In this document: positions 11,860-25,586 of the stretch, one piece after another
Layout of the letters: the number at the start of each line of letters is the position of its first letter
Numbering within the stretch: position 1 is the stretch's first letter
Source of the DNA: Mobula hypostoma
Taxonomy: Eukaryota
NCBI RefSeq assembly: GCF_963921235.1
Contig: NC_086097.1
Location: forward strand, 12,400,001 to 12,464,000
DNA length: 64,000 bases
Direction: 5' to 3'
The notes under the pieces: model-generated
What the model was told of the DNA's origin: nothing
Seen by the model: only the letters and a program-made list of their open reading frames with translations
Databases searched by the model: none
Made by a program: the position numbers and the translations under genes

Positions 11860-14590
11860 CTCTAGAGAGAGTGCAGAAGAGATTTACAAGGATGTTGCCT
11901 GGATTGGAAAGCATGCCTGACGAGAATAGGTTGAGTAAGTTTGGCCTTTTCTCCTTGGAGCGATGAACCTCACTCCTTCCGAACGCTCTGCTCTCCACTC
12001 CCTCCGCACTAATCCTAACCTTACTATAAAACCCACCGATAGGGGGGGTGCTGTTGTAGTCTGGCGTACTGACTTCTACCTTGCCGAGGCACAGTGACAA
12101 CTCGCAGATACCTCCTTTTACTTACCCCTCGATCATGACCCCACTAAGGAGCACCAGGCCATTGTCTCCCACACCATCACCAACTTTATCCGCTCAGGGG
12201 ATCTCCCATCCACTGCTACCAACCTTATAGTTCCCAGACCTCGCACTTCCCGTTTCTACCTCTTACCCAAGATCCACCAACCTGCCTGTCCTGGCCGACC
12301 TATTGTCTCAGCTTGCTCCTGCCCCACTGAACTCGTTTCTGCATACCTTGACACTGTTTTATCCCCCCTTGTTCAATCCCTTCCCACCTATATTTGTGAC
12401 ACTCCTCAAGTTCTGAATTTTTTCAATAATTTTAAGTTCCCTGGCCCCCACTGCTTTATTTTCACCATGGATGTCCATGCCCCACCAGGAAGGTCTCAAA
12501 GCTCTCCGCTTCTTTTTGGATTCCAGAATTCCAGACCTAACCAGTTCCCTTCTACCACCGCTCTCCTCCATCTAGCGGAATTAGTCCTTACTCTTAATAA
12601 TTTCTCCTTTGGTTCCTCCCACTTCCTCCAAACTAAAGGTGTAGTCATGGGCACCTGTATGGGTCCCAGCTATGCCTGCCTTTTTGTTGGCTTTGTGGAA
12701 CAATTCATGTTCCAAGCATATACTGGTATCTGTCCCACACTTTTCCTTCACTCCATCGACGACTGCATTGGTGCTGCTTCCTGGACGCATGCTGAGCTCG
12801 TTGACTTCATTAACTTTGGCTCTAACTTTTACCCTGCCCTCAAGTTTACCTGTTCCATTTCCGACACTTCCCTCCCCTTTCTTGATCTTTCTGTCTCTAT
12901 CTCTGGAGGCAGCTTATCTACTGATGTCTACTGTAAGCCTACGGACTCTCTGTCCTGGACTATTCTTCTTCCCATCCTGTCTCTTGCAAAAATGCCATCC
13001 CCTTCTCGCAATTCCTCCGTCTCCGCTGCATCTGCTCTCAGGATGAGGCCTTTCATTCTAGGACGAAGGAGATGTCCTCCTTTTTTAAAGAAAGGGGCTT
13101 CCCTTCCTCCACCATCAACTCTGCTCTCAAACGCATCACTCCCATTTCACGCACATCTGCTCTCACCCCATCCTTCCGCCACCCCACTAGGAATAGGGTT
13201 CCCCTGGTCCTCACCTACCACCCCACCAGCCTTTGGGTCCAACATATAATTCTCCGTAACTTCCGCCACCTCCAACGGGATCCCACCATTAAGCACATCG
13301 TTCCCTCCCCCGCTCTTTATGCTTTCTGCAGGGATCGCTCCCTACATGACACCCTTGTCCATTTGTCCCCCCCCTTCCCATCCCACTGATCTCCCTCCTG
13401 GCACTTATCCTTGTAAGCGGAACAAGTGCTACACATGGCCTTACACTTCCTCCCTTACCACCATTCAGGGCCGCAGACAGTCCTTCCAGGTGAGGCGACG
13501 CTTCACCTGTGAGTCGGCTGGGGTGATATATTGCGTCTGGTGCTCCCGATGCGGCCTTCTATATATTGGCGAGATCCGACGCAGGCTGGGAGACCATTTC
13601 GCTGAACACCTACGCTCTGTTCGCCAGAGAAAACAGGATCTCCTAGTGGCCACACATTTTAATTCCACATCTCATTCCGATTCTGATATGTCTATCCACG
13701 GCCTCCTCTACTGTAAAGGTGAAGCCACACTCAGGTTGGAGGAACAACACCTTATATTCCGTCTGGGTAGCCTCCAACCTGATGGCATGAACATCGACTT
13801 CTCTAACTTCCGTTAATGCCCCACCTCCCCTTCGTACCCCATCCCTTTCTTATTTATTTATTCTCTTTTTTTTTTCTCCCTCTGTCCCTCTCACTATAAC
13901 TCCTTGCCCATCCTCTGGGTTACCCCCCACTTTCTTTCTCTCTAGGCCTCCCGTCCCATGATCCGCTCCCTTCTCCAGCTCCGTATCCCTTTTGCCAATC
14001 AACTTTCCAGCTCTTAGCTCCATCCCTCCCCCTCTGTCTTCTATCAGTTTGGATCTCCCCCTCCCCCTCCTACTTTCAAATCTCTTACTAGCTCTTCTTT
14101 CAGTTAGTCCTGACGAAGGGTCTCGGTCCGAAACATCGACTGTGCCTCTTTCTAGAGATGCTGCCTAGCCTGTTGCGTTCATCAGCATTTTTTTTGTGTG
14201 TGTTGGAGGATGACAGGTGACCTGATAGAGGCGTATAAAATGATGACAGGCATTGATTGTGTGGATAGCTTTTTCCCAGGACTGAAATAGCTAACATGAG
14301 GGGGCATAGTTTTAACGTGCTTGGAAATAGGTACTAAGGGGATGTCAGGAGTAAGTTTTTCACACGGAGAGTGGTGAGTGCGTGGAATACACTGCTGGCG
14401 GCAGTGATAGAAGCGGGTACAATAGAGTATTTTAGAAGCCTCTTAGAGAGTACATGGAGCTTAGAAAAATCGAAGGCTTTGAGCTAGGGAGTTTCAAGGC
14501 AGTTTCTAGAATGGGTTGCATGGTTGGCACAACATTGTGGGCCAAAGGGCCTGTAATGTGCTGCAGATTTCTATATTCTATGTTCTAAGT
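11860..14590 (+). mobile_element. CR1 3' fragment split by a Penelope insertion
   Basis: CR1 sequence stops at ...ttggagcgatg (11965) and resumes ggaggatgacaggtgacc (~14205). (TTCTATG)n-like tail near 14570-14590. Confidence 0.8.
11966..14204 (+). mobile_element. Penelope-like element: RT, GIY-YIG endonuclease and pLTR, frameshifted
   Basis: IKPTDRGGAVVV, GVVMGTCMGPSYACLF, SIDD (YIDD-like), VIYCVWCSRCGLLYIGE, QPDGMNIDF. pLTR carries a hammerhead core. Confidence 0.92.
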
Positions 14591-14669
14591 TCATATTTTT
14601 GACAAAAAAAAAATCACAATTCGAACAATATAAAAGCAAAGTCTTTTTACTGCAAAGTTATCAGAGTGG

Positions 14670-14930
14670 TCATGACTCTATTACAGCTCCGGAGTTTAGA
14701 GTTCAATTCCAGTGCCATCTGTAAGGAGTTTGTAAATTCTCCATGTGTACACGTGAGTTTCCTCGGTTTCCTCCCACAGTCCATGAATGTTCCAGCTAGT
14801 AGGTTAGTTGGTCATTATAAATTGTCCTGTGACTAGACTAGTGTTAAATAGATTGGCTGCTGGATGGTGTAACTCTCTGAGCCAGAATGGCATGCTCCAC
14901 ATTGTAACTCTAAATATAATAAAATAAAAT
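14670..14930 (+). mobile_element. V-SINE fragment
   Basis: B-box-like gttcaattcc, V-domain, A-rich tail. Confidence 0.65.
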
Positions 14931-15559
14931 AACCTTGTGATGATCAGTAAGAAATTCCAATAAGCCTATAAGTTTCCAGCACACAATACCGAGAAAGTAT
15001 AGAAGATGAATTTCTGAAGAGAATCCCATTATTGTTTTAAGAAAAGGAACCAATGTGCAGTACATCTGATGGTTGTGAAGCTGAACTAATATTTCTGAGC
15101 CAAAGATGGATGTTACTCGAATGACTTAATGAATTTGCAAGTTCAATAAAAGTTACACCAACACTACTGTGAGATCATAGCTAGTACAGAAACCTTTGAG
15201 CAAATTATATTTTTTTAAAAATGGAAGTATTGAATTATTCTGCTTCCTTGAGCTCCTTTAGTATTTTGTGTGCGTTGCCCAAGATTTCCAGCATCTCTAG
15301 ATTCTCTTGTGTGTATGTGGCATCCATAATATTGGTTGTGAACAAGTTTGCCTTAATACTCTCAGCCTTTAAGGACTGTATCATGTGACTAACTGCTCTT
15401 TGTGTTGCAGTAATGTATATTGAAAGTTTCAGAGGTTTTTTGTCAAGAGTTCTTGAATAAAACATAGATGTGTTGAGCTCCTTGTGTTTTACATGTATTG
15501 GCCTGTAGCTTCTACGATGGGCATTGGTAATGTTTGTGACACACTGAGCACACATAGAA

Positions 15560-16300
15560 CCTAGAATCAGAAACAGGTTTAATATCAAAGGCATATGTCA
15601 TGAAATTTGTTGTTTTGAGGCAGGGCATTGCAAAACAAAATAAAAACTATATATTATGATAAGCCCATCCATGCAGATGTCCCCTCAGCCAATGATCTCA
15701 TGTTAAGGACTTTTTATCTTGTTATATCATGTTCTCATTTTTACTGCTATTTGTTTATATTTGCATTTGCACAGTTTGTTGTTTTCTGCACTCTGCTTGA
15801 TCTTTCACTGATCCTGTTATAATTGCTATCCTATAGATTTGATGAATATGCCTGCAGGAAAATGAATCTCATGGTTTTATATGGTGACATATATGTAATT
15901 TAATAATAAAATTTACTTGCAAATTTTTGAACTTTGAATATATATGTCTATATATAGAATACACATATACAGTATATAGTGTATAAGGGTTTGTTGTCCA
16001 TTCAGGGTGGTGGGGAAGAAATTGTTTCTAAAACTTTGAGTGTGCGTCTTCAGGCTCCTGTACCTCCTCCTTGAAGGTAGCAATGAGAAGAGGGCATGTT
16101 CCAGATGGGAGGGTCATTAATAATAGATGCCGCCTTCTTGATGCATCGCCTTTTGGATGCTGGGGAGGTTGGTGCCAATGATGGAGTTGGTTGAGTTTGC
16201 TACTTTCTGCAGCTTTTTATGATCCTGTGCAGTCGCTCCTCCATACCAGATGGTGGTGCAACTAATTTCAACGCTCTGTACGATCTACCTGCAGCTGATG
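15560..16300. mobile_element. Rex1/Babar-like LINE 3' pieces (nested)
   Basis: gaatcag tail and decayed RT C-terminus on the minus strand, with a plus-strand 3' UTR piece (ctttga tail) inside. Confidence 0.55.
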
Positions 16301-16713
16301 AGAATATTACATTTCTTCAGGGATGTGTTGAGAACATCCTTGAATTACTTCCTCAGTCTTCCTTACAGTAACTTCCTGCTGTGAAAGGGTTCAGAGTGGG
16401 TGACCTGGTGATGTCAGGCAGGCAAACAATGTGGCCTACTTACTGAAGCTAGCTGAACATAATGAAGACATTGGAAATAGCCTGGGAGAAGCTCATGATG
16501 GCTACTTTATTTATTCAGCCACTAGATTTGAGGGCGGGGGTGGTTTCTGAAGACAACATCTCTCTGGTACACTGATAAGCCTGCTATAGATATTCCTTTA
16601 GCATGAGCATCCCTCGTACCCAGAAGACCATGAGTTTGTGCCAGTGTTGAACATTGCTCTCTTCCAATGACCAAAGGCTACACTTGAGCAAATCAAGGTA
16701 ACTTTAAAGTTGT

Positions 16714-19700
16714 TCTTTCTTTTTCAATATTTGTATTAATTACTTGCATAAATGAACACAAAATACATTATGATATTATGGAAACAGAAACAAGATTGAA
16801 ATGCCCCATAACTATGTATAGTAAATTAACCATGATATTGAAAAGGTATATTTTATTCTAATCTAAAACAAAAAAAGAGACAAAAAAAGCTGTTTGATTA
16901 AAAGAAAAGAAAAAATATCTCTGACATATAGTTGTTAATTCAAACATATAATAGCCATCATCATTGCTGAACAAATTGAAAATTGTGAAAGTAGTTCCAA
17001 AAAGGTCCCCATAATGTGAAAAAATTTTGTCTAGGTGTAAAAATAGAACACCTAATCTTCTCTAGATTTAATCATGACATAACATCAATCAACCAATGGG
17101 CATGAGCAGGCGGAGTGGCATCTTTCCATTTAAGCAACAAAACTCTTCTGGTTAAAAGAGAAATGAAAGCCAAAATATGAAAATCATTCGGCTTAAGAGT
17201 AAAATCATTTCCTCCAACAATACCAAACAGGGCAGTCAGAGGGCTGGGTTTAAAGTTTACTTTAAAAAGCTCTGAGAAAGTTTGAAATACTTCTTTCCAA
17301 AATTTATCAAGCCACGGGCAGGACTAAAACGTATGAATTAGAGAGGCCTCTTTGGCATTACACCTATTATAGTATGGAGAAAAATCTGAGTAAAAACGAG
17401 AGAGCTTATCTCTAGTCATATAGGCTCTATGAACCACTTTAAATTGTAAAAGAGAGAGGCGCACACATAACTAAGAAATGTGAACAAGTTTTAAAAAAAC
17501 ATTCCAAGTATCCTCATCAATTGAAATCTGTAGGTTTCGTTCCCAGAGGTTTTTAATTTTGTCTAATGGAATGTTTCTCATTGCCAAAAACATACTATAA
17601 ATATTAGAAATAGATCCATTATGAAAAAGTTTCAAAGTAAAAATTGTATTAATTAAATTATTATCTGGACATTTAGGAAATGTATGAAGTTGAGAATGCA
17701 AGAAGTCTCTAATTTGTAAATATCTAAAAAAGTGAGCTTTACAAAGATTATATTTAATAGATAGCTGATCAAATGAGGACAGAAGATCTCCAACAAACAG
17801 ATCCAGAAAACATATAATAACTAGTCTATTCCACTCTTTAAAAGCTACACCAGTCAAAGAAGGTTTAAAAAAAAAACTAGAAAAAATGGGACTAGAGAGT
17901 GAAAAACCAAATAACCCAAAGAATTTTCTAAATTGTAACCAAATACTCAAAGAATGTGTAGCCCCCCAGTATGCCTCAGGATCACTCAACTCACTGTCTA
18001 GGGAAAGCAGCCCTCGGCCCCACCAAACTGGGTAATAAAGTTTCTGTGGATGTTGTGTGATTGTACCCCACCCTGCCAAATAACAGAATAAACACCATAT
18101 ACGATTAATTGATTACAATTTATAATTCTTACTGGGACCATGAGATTAATAGAGATACAATATAAAAGAAAAAGAAAAGGGCGCCAGACTTATGAAAGTT
18201 CAATTTCTTCATGCACACAGTTGGAACTCAAATACCCAGGGTCTCCTCTCTTCACTCTGCGGTCCACTCCGACCCCCTCGACTCACCGCTCGGAACCACC
18301 CAAAGTGATCGACCAGTGCGCTTCCAGCACGTCTGTCTTCTCCCAGGTCTCTCCTGAAAAGCCCCTGGAGCTCAGACTCCTGCTCAGGGTCCGACCCCGT
18401 TAACCAGCTCACAGCACCGTGTCCACTCTCTCTCTCACCATCGCGCCTTCTGCCCAAAAACCAGCACATCACAATAGCTTACAGACACACTAGAAAGAAT
18501 AACATCTATCCCAATTGGTTTGTTTGTTCTCTTATCAATATTATAACCCAAACAAGCTGCTAGCGAGAGAACTTTCTCAGCAGTTAACATAACTAAGAAG
18601 CCATTTTAATTAGCCTACGCAGTAACATAAAAGGAGAAACCCCTTACAAATGTTTAACTGCATAATTATCGGTTAAATTACTTAAAGGTAGAGGAATTGA
18701 AGAACCAAGAAGAGAAATAATAGAAAATTTATTAACAGAATTAACTTCTGAAGAAACCCAAACCGGACAGTATTCACGATTAGTGTAGTATAACCTAAAC
18801 GTAAGGTAGCTGGGTTGACTGCCCAGTAGTAAAACCTAAAATTGGGTAGGGCTAATCCCCCATTTTTTTTTAGTTTTCTGAAGATGAACTTTGTTTAATC
18901 AGGGGGTTTTATTCTTCCATAAGTAAGAAGATATAATCAAATCTAAAGAGTCAAAAAAGGATTTAGGAGTATAAACAGGTAGGGCTTGAAATAAGTATAA
19001 AAATTTAGGCAAAATATTCATTTTAATAGAATTAACACATCCAAACAGCGATAAAGAAAGGGGAGACTAATTTGATAGTACCTTCTTAGCATATTCCAAA
19101 AGAGTGATAAAGTTTTCTTTAAAAAGAAGTTCCTAATTTCTAGTAATTGTTATATCCAAATAAGTAAATTGATTTCTTACAATTTTAACAGGAAGGTCAG
19201 AGTTGACTGATACCAAATTATTCAAAGGAAAAAGTTCACTCTTATGAAGATTAAGTTTATATCCTGAGACCTGACTAAATTCAGAAAGTAAAGAGAGTAT
19301 TGAAGGTAGAGAGGACTCCACATTAGAGGTGTAGGGCAAAAGGTCATCAGCATAAAGTGACAACTTATGAGTGATACTCCTCCATAAAACACCTGATATG
19401 TCAACGGATTTACGAAACACAATGGCTAAAGGCTCTAAAGCTAAATCAAAAAGCAAAGGACTTAAAGGACATCCTTGTCTGGTTCCACATTGGAAATTAA
19501 ATTGTTTAGAACTCTAAGAGTTAGTAAGAACCTGTGCAGTAGGAGATGAATAAAGTAATTTAATCCATTGAATAAAATTGGACCCATATTTAAATTTTTC
19601 TAATATTTAAAATAAATAATTCCATTCAACCCGGTTGAAGGCTTTCTCAGCATCCAAAGAAATCACACATTCCGAAGTTTCTTTAGAGGGAGAATAAATA

Positions 19701-20120
19701 ACATTCAGTAAACGACGAATGTTAAAATGAGAATAACGACTTTTAATAAATCCAGTCTGGTCATCAGAGATAATAAAAGGCAGAATGTTTTCCATCCTAT
19801 AAGCCAAAAGTTTAGATAAAATTTTAGCATCAACATTAATTAAGAAATAGGTCTGTAGGAAGAGTAATCAGTTGGATCTTTATTCTTTTTGAGAGTAAGT
19901 GAAATAGAGGCATCATAAAAAGATTGTGGCAACCTTCCTAATTTAAAAGAGTCAGAAAGGACAGAAAGTAAGTGAGGAATAAGCAAAACAGCAAAAGCCT
20001 TATAGAACTCTCCAGAAAATCAGTCAGGACCAGGAACCTTCCCTGAGCTTAGAGAATGGACAACCCAGGCAATTTCCTCAGAAGAAAAGGTTGATCTAAC
20101 CAGTTTTGATTCACCTCAGA
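16714..20120 (-). mobile_element. L1-clade LINE, 5'-truncated ORF2 (RT and C-terminus)
   Basis: DQTGFIK, ISLDAEKAFNRVEW, LFDLALEPLA, LYADD, SGYKLNLHKS, HFFRYLQIR. A-rich tail at ~16714-16725. Confidence 0.92.
17957..18648. mobile_element. Solo LTR (Gypsy/ERV-type) inserted in the L1
   Basis: TGTA...TACA termini. 4-bp TSD AATG (17953-56, 18649-52). Excision restores L1 DNYAVKHSLSIWLQFRK. Confidence 0.88.
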
Positions 20121-20745
20121 TTGTTTAATGTCATTTCCAGTACTCAAGGGTAAAGAAGAATGAAATAATTCTTACTCCAGACCAGATGCAGCCCAAATAA
20201 AACAAAATGAGATAAAGAACATAATAATTAAAAAACACAATAAATATAGATATATAAGATAAAAGATTGATTTTATGTCCTTAAAGTGATGCTAGGCACA
20301 GGAGAGTCAGGAAATGATAAAGTAGTGGTGGTGGGTGGAGGTGCTGATCAGCCTTACTGCTAGGGGAAAATAACTATGTTTGAGTCTGGTGGTCCCGGTG
20401 TGATGCTATCTAGCTTCCTCCCTGTTGGCAGTGGGACAAATAGACCATAAGCAGGGTAATTGGGATCCTTCATGATGTTACTAGCCCTTTTCTGGCACCT
20501 ATCTGTATATATGTCCTTAAAGATGGGTATGCTGATACCGCTGATGCATTGGGCAGTTTTGACTATCTGTTGTAGAACCTTCTGGTCCACCACAGTGCAG
20601 TTTCCATACCATTCAGTGATGCAGCATGTTAGGATGCTCTCTACTGCTCATCTATACGTAAGCCTCCTCAGAAAGTCGAGACATTGGTGAGCTTTCCTGA
20701 TTATGCAGAATGTTCTCTGACTATGAGAAGTTGTATGAGATGGAG
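20120..20745 (-). mobile_element. Rex1/Babar-like LINE 3' fragment
   Basis: DQKVLQQIVKTAQ...IMKDPNYPAYGLFVPLPTGR. Confidence 0.75.
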
Positions 20746-21254
20746 CATTGGATCTAGTAGTGAATTTTATTATTGATTCTATTCTCTGCAGAGCTGTGGC
20801 TCAAGCTATATGTTGAGCTCATTCTTTCTTCTCTTCAGAAGCCACACCAATTGATTCAATTTGTTTTACAATTTCTCACCCATGGAGGAGGGGTGAGTGG
20901 ATTTACAATGGCTAATGCCCTGAATAAATAGCTTGTTAAGCTGTTTCCAAGGGCATTTATGAGCCTGCTAGATAACATATGGGCTAGACTGTGGTAAAGA
21001 TGACAGATGCCCTTCCCCAAAGGGTGTTAGTGAAGCAGATGGGGTTTTACAACAACACTGTTCTTTTATGGTCACCATCACCGATATTAGCTTTTTATTC
21101 AAGATTTATTTAAAATATTTATTGAAACCAGCTGCTGATTTAAACTTGATTTCCACATTCAATGGTCCATGTGTCTGGGAACTAGTCAAATGACCTACAA
21201 CCACATGACTGTACTTCCTTAGTAAACAATAGATCACACATCAGAGCACATTCG

Positions 21255-22005
21255 CCTGCATCCAGGTGAGACAATATTTCACCTGAAAATCTATTGGGGT
21301 CATCCATTGTATCTAGTTCTCCTGATGTGGCCTCCTCTACATTAGTGAGACCTGAAGTAAATTAGGAAATCGCTTTCTTGAGCACCTCTGCTCCGTCCGT
21401 CAAAAGCGTAATTTCCCAACAGCCAACCATTTAAATTCCTATCCCCATTCCTGTTCCAACATGTCAGTCCATGGCCTCCTCTTATTCCACAGTGAGGCAG
21501 AGTGGAAGAGCAACACCTTGTATTCCATCTAGGTAGCCTCCAACCTGATGGCATGAATGTCGATCTCTCCAAATTCCAGTAATTTTACCCCCTCCCCTTC
21601 CCTCTTCTCCAATTCCCCTCTTGGCCTCTTAATTTTTCTCCTCCCCTACCTATCACCTCCTCCAGATACCACACCTCCTTCCCTTTCTTCCAATGTCCAC
21701 TGCTCTCTCCTATCAGATTCCTTCTTTCACAGACCTGTGTCTTCTTGACCTATCACCTGCCAGCTGCTTTCTTCATCCCTCCTCCCCCACCCATCTGGCT
21801 TCACCTATCACCTTCTAGCTTGTGCTTCTTCCACTCCCCCCACCTTGTGATACTGGCATCTTCCCCCTTCCCTTCCAGTCCCGATGACAGGCCTCAAACA
21901 GAAACACTGACTTTTCATAAACACTGCCTGACCTGCTAAGTTCCTCCAACATTTTATGAGTGTTGCTCTGGATTTCCAGCGTCGGCAGAATCTCTTGTGT
22001 TTATG
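21255..22005 (+). mobile_element. Old Penelope 3' fragment (GIY-YIG end plus pLTR)
   Basis: Decayed homology to 13480-14200, including ggtagcctccaacctgatggcatgaa. Confidence 0.8.
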
Positions 22006-22329
22006 ATTGTTCCACTGGCCACCCACAGAATGGGCAATTCACAATTAATCTACCAATCTGCATGTCTTTGTAGTCAAATGGACCTTTTATAGCATCCCAA
22101 CTTACTTTACAGCGGTGATTTAAAACAAATAAATAATGGAATATAGCAGGAAATAAGGAACAGGGCAGGTGGTCAATAATTTGGTTAAAGAGATCAACTT
22201 TAATCAGCCAAGAATTCTGAATACATTAGAAATTACATTGTTACATGCTATACTTAACAATGTGGCCTGATATGAAAAAATACATTTGTTTTGAAGTTGA
22301 CCATTTCATTCTTCAGTGTGTTTCTTGAT

Positions 22330-22895
22330 AACTTTGCACATCTTCAAGGAGAGATGTCTCAGAAAGGCAGCATTTATCATTAAGGAGCCCCATTACCCAG
22401 GACATGTCTTCTTCTGAAAGGACACTGTATATTCCATTGTACTGCTGCTGCGAAGACAACAAGTGTCACAACATATGCCGGTGATATTAAACCTGATTCT
22501 GATTCTGAACCTGATTCTTCAAGGAGTGAAGCCTCAACAAGGTGGAATCCTTCGTTAAGGACCTGCATCACCCAGGACATGCCCTCTTCTCATTACTATC
22601 ATCAAAGAGGAGGTACAGGAGCCTGAAGGCACAGATTCAACGATTCAAGAACAGCTTCTTCCCCACTGCCATCAAATTTCTGAATGGACAGTCAACCCAT
22701 GAACAATACCTCACTATCTTTTCCTTGTTTTGCTCTTTTGCACTACTATTTAATTTATCTTTTTAAAATGTATATATACTTATGGTAATTCAAAGTTTTT
22801 ATTATTATGTGTTCCAATGTTCTGCTGCTGCATAACAACAAATTTCACAACATATGCCAGTGATATTAAGTCCGATTCTGGTTTTGATTTTGAAC
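22330..22895 (+). mobile_element. Tandem Rex1-like 3' ends
   Basis: KDLHHPGHALFSLL..RRYRSL..RFKNSFFPTAI and (GATTCT)n tails. Confidence 0.7.
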
Positions 22896-22899
22896 CAAT

Positions 22900-24615
22900 G
22901 AACTGGAGGTTGGATTCGTAGTATATCTGGTAATGAACAAAGTCAATTTACCTTTTAAAAAATGTCTATTTAAAAGAGAAGAAGAATCAGAAACTTCTGC
23001 AACTTCTCCCAATTAAAGCAAGGTAAATTCTCCAGTAAAATTAGTTTCACATGGTTTATGTGCATGAAATCAGCTTCTGTAATTTACAGCACCCAACTTG
23101 ATTGACAGAAGAATTACCCAATCATCTCCAATCTGCATTTTCATTATATACAGCTTTTATATTCACAGAAACAGAACTGCTTTATATTTTGTAAAGAACT
23201 TTTAAGTGACATTTACGGTGGGTAGACTTTAGTAGTTAATGAATATCGAGGTGTTAAACTGAGCCATTGAGTTGAGCAATGAACAGATTAACATTTTCAA
23301 AGGTGAGGATGAAGCCATTATTCTGGTGCTTAATTATGCATCGTGTGTATGGACTGCAAAGCTATACACTTAAATGGAAATTAGCCTGACTGTCATACAC
23401 TTAGGGGAATGAAATCACCAGAGATGAAAATGGAGGTGGCTTACCCATTGGCAACTTTATGCACTTAACAGACTTAAACCTCCCTGCCAACGCTTATGGT
23501 TTTATATATATTGTGAAATATAGTCCAACTCAATAGATGGAACTTTGAACATCAGAGCTTTCAGATCTTTACCTAAAGAATGCAGAACAGTCTGTTTTCT
23601 GTTTGGATTTTCATTCGGGTAAGGTAATTGCTATTTCCAAGTCCCTCAACAAGTAGCCTTCTTTTAGAATGCTACAGATTCATCAGCATGCGGAGCGGGA
23701 TCTTCCTGCTACCTGATGCTAAACTGTGATTAAGGATAAAGAGCAAGTGCACTGTATGCATTTCACTCAAGGAATTTCACTCAAATCTGTAATTTTTCTC
23801 TTGTTCTCCTCTGAGAAATTAACGATTCCATTCGCTGCATAAATTTTCAGGTTCTTGGTAGCGCGACACCCTGGGTGTTGAATTTTTTATGAAAAAAAAT
23901 CATGTAATAATTGTTGAACAGATGTATCTGTTGGGAAGTGAGGCAGGACAGACCTCATGAAACCTGTACTTATTAATTTAACCCTGCCAATGTCACACTG
24001 CTGCGCTTTGCTGCCTGCGCTTTGTGGAGTGTAGCAGTCAACTCCAGGAAAAAGCAACAATCACATCCCAAGCATGATTCAAATCTAGACCTTAGATTCC
24101 AACTTGCTTCCTATTCCCTCCCATTAAAACTGAGCCAGGCATAAGATTTAAAGTGTTAGAGCTGTACACCTTTCCCTATTAAATATATTTTTGGATCTCT
24201 GCTAACTGAATAATCATTCCCTTGCAGTGAATGTGTTTTATAAATTATAATGTAATTATATCAAATGAATTATTTTTAAATGTAAATGCTAGCTGAGAGA
24301 TATTTTAGAATTGCTTTTATTATATTTGAAAAAAGAAGAGGGAGGAAGTGTACGACGCAACTGATTGCATGCAGACTGAATTGTAATATCTTCTAAGGCC
24401 AGTATATTACAGCTGGCATTCAATTCTGTTTCACTCTCTGCATCTCATGAATTCAACGGTATTGTTTCCTTTCAATCCCAATCAGTTTTGACAAAGAAAA
24501 CATACCATTCAGTCTTGCAGGCTTCCAGACTCTTACATACCGATGAAAAGCATGTCAAATTTTCAGGTCAAATAAAATGAGGGTTTCTGAAATCCTGATA
24601 AACCCATCAATCAAA
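22900..24615. promoter_or_regulatory. Repeat-free island, candidate conserved enhancer cluster
   Basis: ~1.7 kb with no recognisable transposon. TGATTGACAG at 23099-23108 and TGATTGATGG (minus) at 24604-24613. Confidence 0.4.
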
Positions 24616-24869
24616 TAACGTAAATGGTGGAAATACTCAGCAGGACAGGTAGCATCTGTGGAAAGTGAAGCAGAGTTAATGATTCCGGTGGATGACCATT
24701 TCTCAGAAGTTTCTATGACTTATTAGCATTCATTGTCTCAAAAAGTTCCAAACATGTTGCAGGCAATAAAGTATTGTTTTAAGATGGTCACTCTTACAAC
24801 ATTGAATACACATCATCCAAGTCACATACAGTAAGTTTCCTCAGAAAGACTATGAAAACCATCATAAAT

Positions 24870-25470
24870 ATTCCTGGTTATCAACATCTCTGAAGATCTA
24901 TCCTGGGCCCAACATATTGAAGGCACAACAGCGGATATATTTCGTTTGGAGTTTATTTGATTTGTCACCAAAGATTTCAGCAAATGTCTACAGATCTACT
25001 TGGAGAGCATTCTAACTGGTTGCATTACAGTCTGGTATGGAGGGGCCACTGCACAGGATCGGAAAAAGCTGCAGAGAGTTATAAACTCACCCAGCTATAT
25101 AGTTGGCACTATCCTCCCCAGCATCAAGGACATCCTCAAAAGGCAATGTCTCAAAAAAGCTACATTCATCATTAAGGACTACCATCACCCAGAACATGCT
25201 ACCATCAGGGAGGAGGTACAGGAGCATGAAGACACACACTCAACGATTCAGGAATTGCTTCTTCCCTTTGCCTCATTGCCAGTATCAGGGAAGAGGTACA
25301 TGAGCCTGGAGACACACACTCAATGTCTTCTTCCATCTACCATCAGATTTCTGAATGGACAATAAATCGACCCATGAACATATTTTTTTTTCTCTCTGTA
25401 TTGCCCTGTACTGCTGCTAGAAAACAAAAAAAAAGCAAAATTCATGGCACATACCAGTGATGTTAAACTT
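24870..25470 (+). mobile_element. Rex1/Babar-like 3' fragment
   Basis: ESILTGCITVWYG..DRKKLQRVI. Confidence 0.75.
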
Positions 25471-25586
25471 TATCTCATATGATGCTGTCTGAGGGGTAAA
25501 TAGCAGTAAGCATCCCCACCCAGGCAACTGTTTGTATCTTTCACATTGATTAGATTAAGGGTCTCACCAAAAATCAATAATTCAGT

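Noticed and set aside
11955..14212. ttggagcgatga / ttggaggatga as a Penelope TSD
   Set aside because: Both words fit the native CR1 sequence on either side of the break, so no true TSD is supported.
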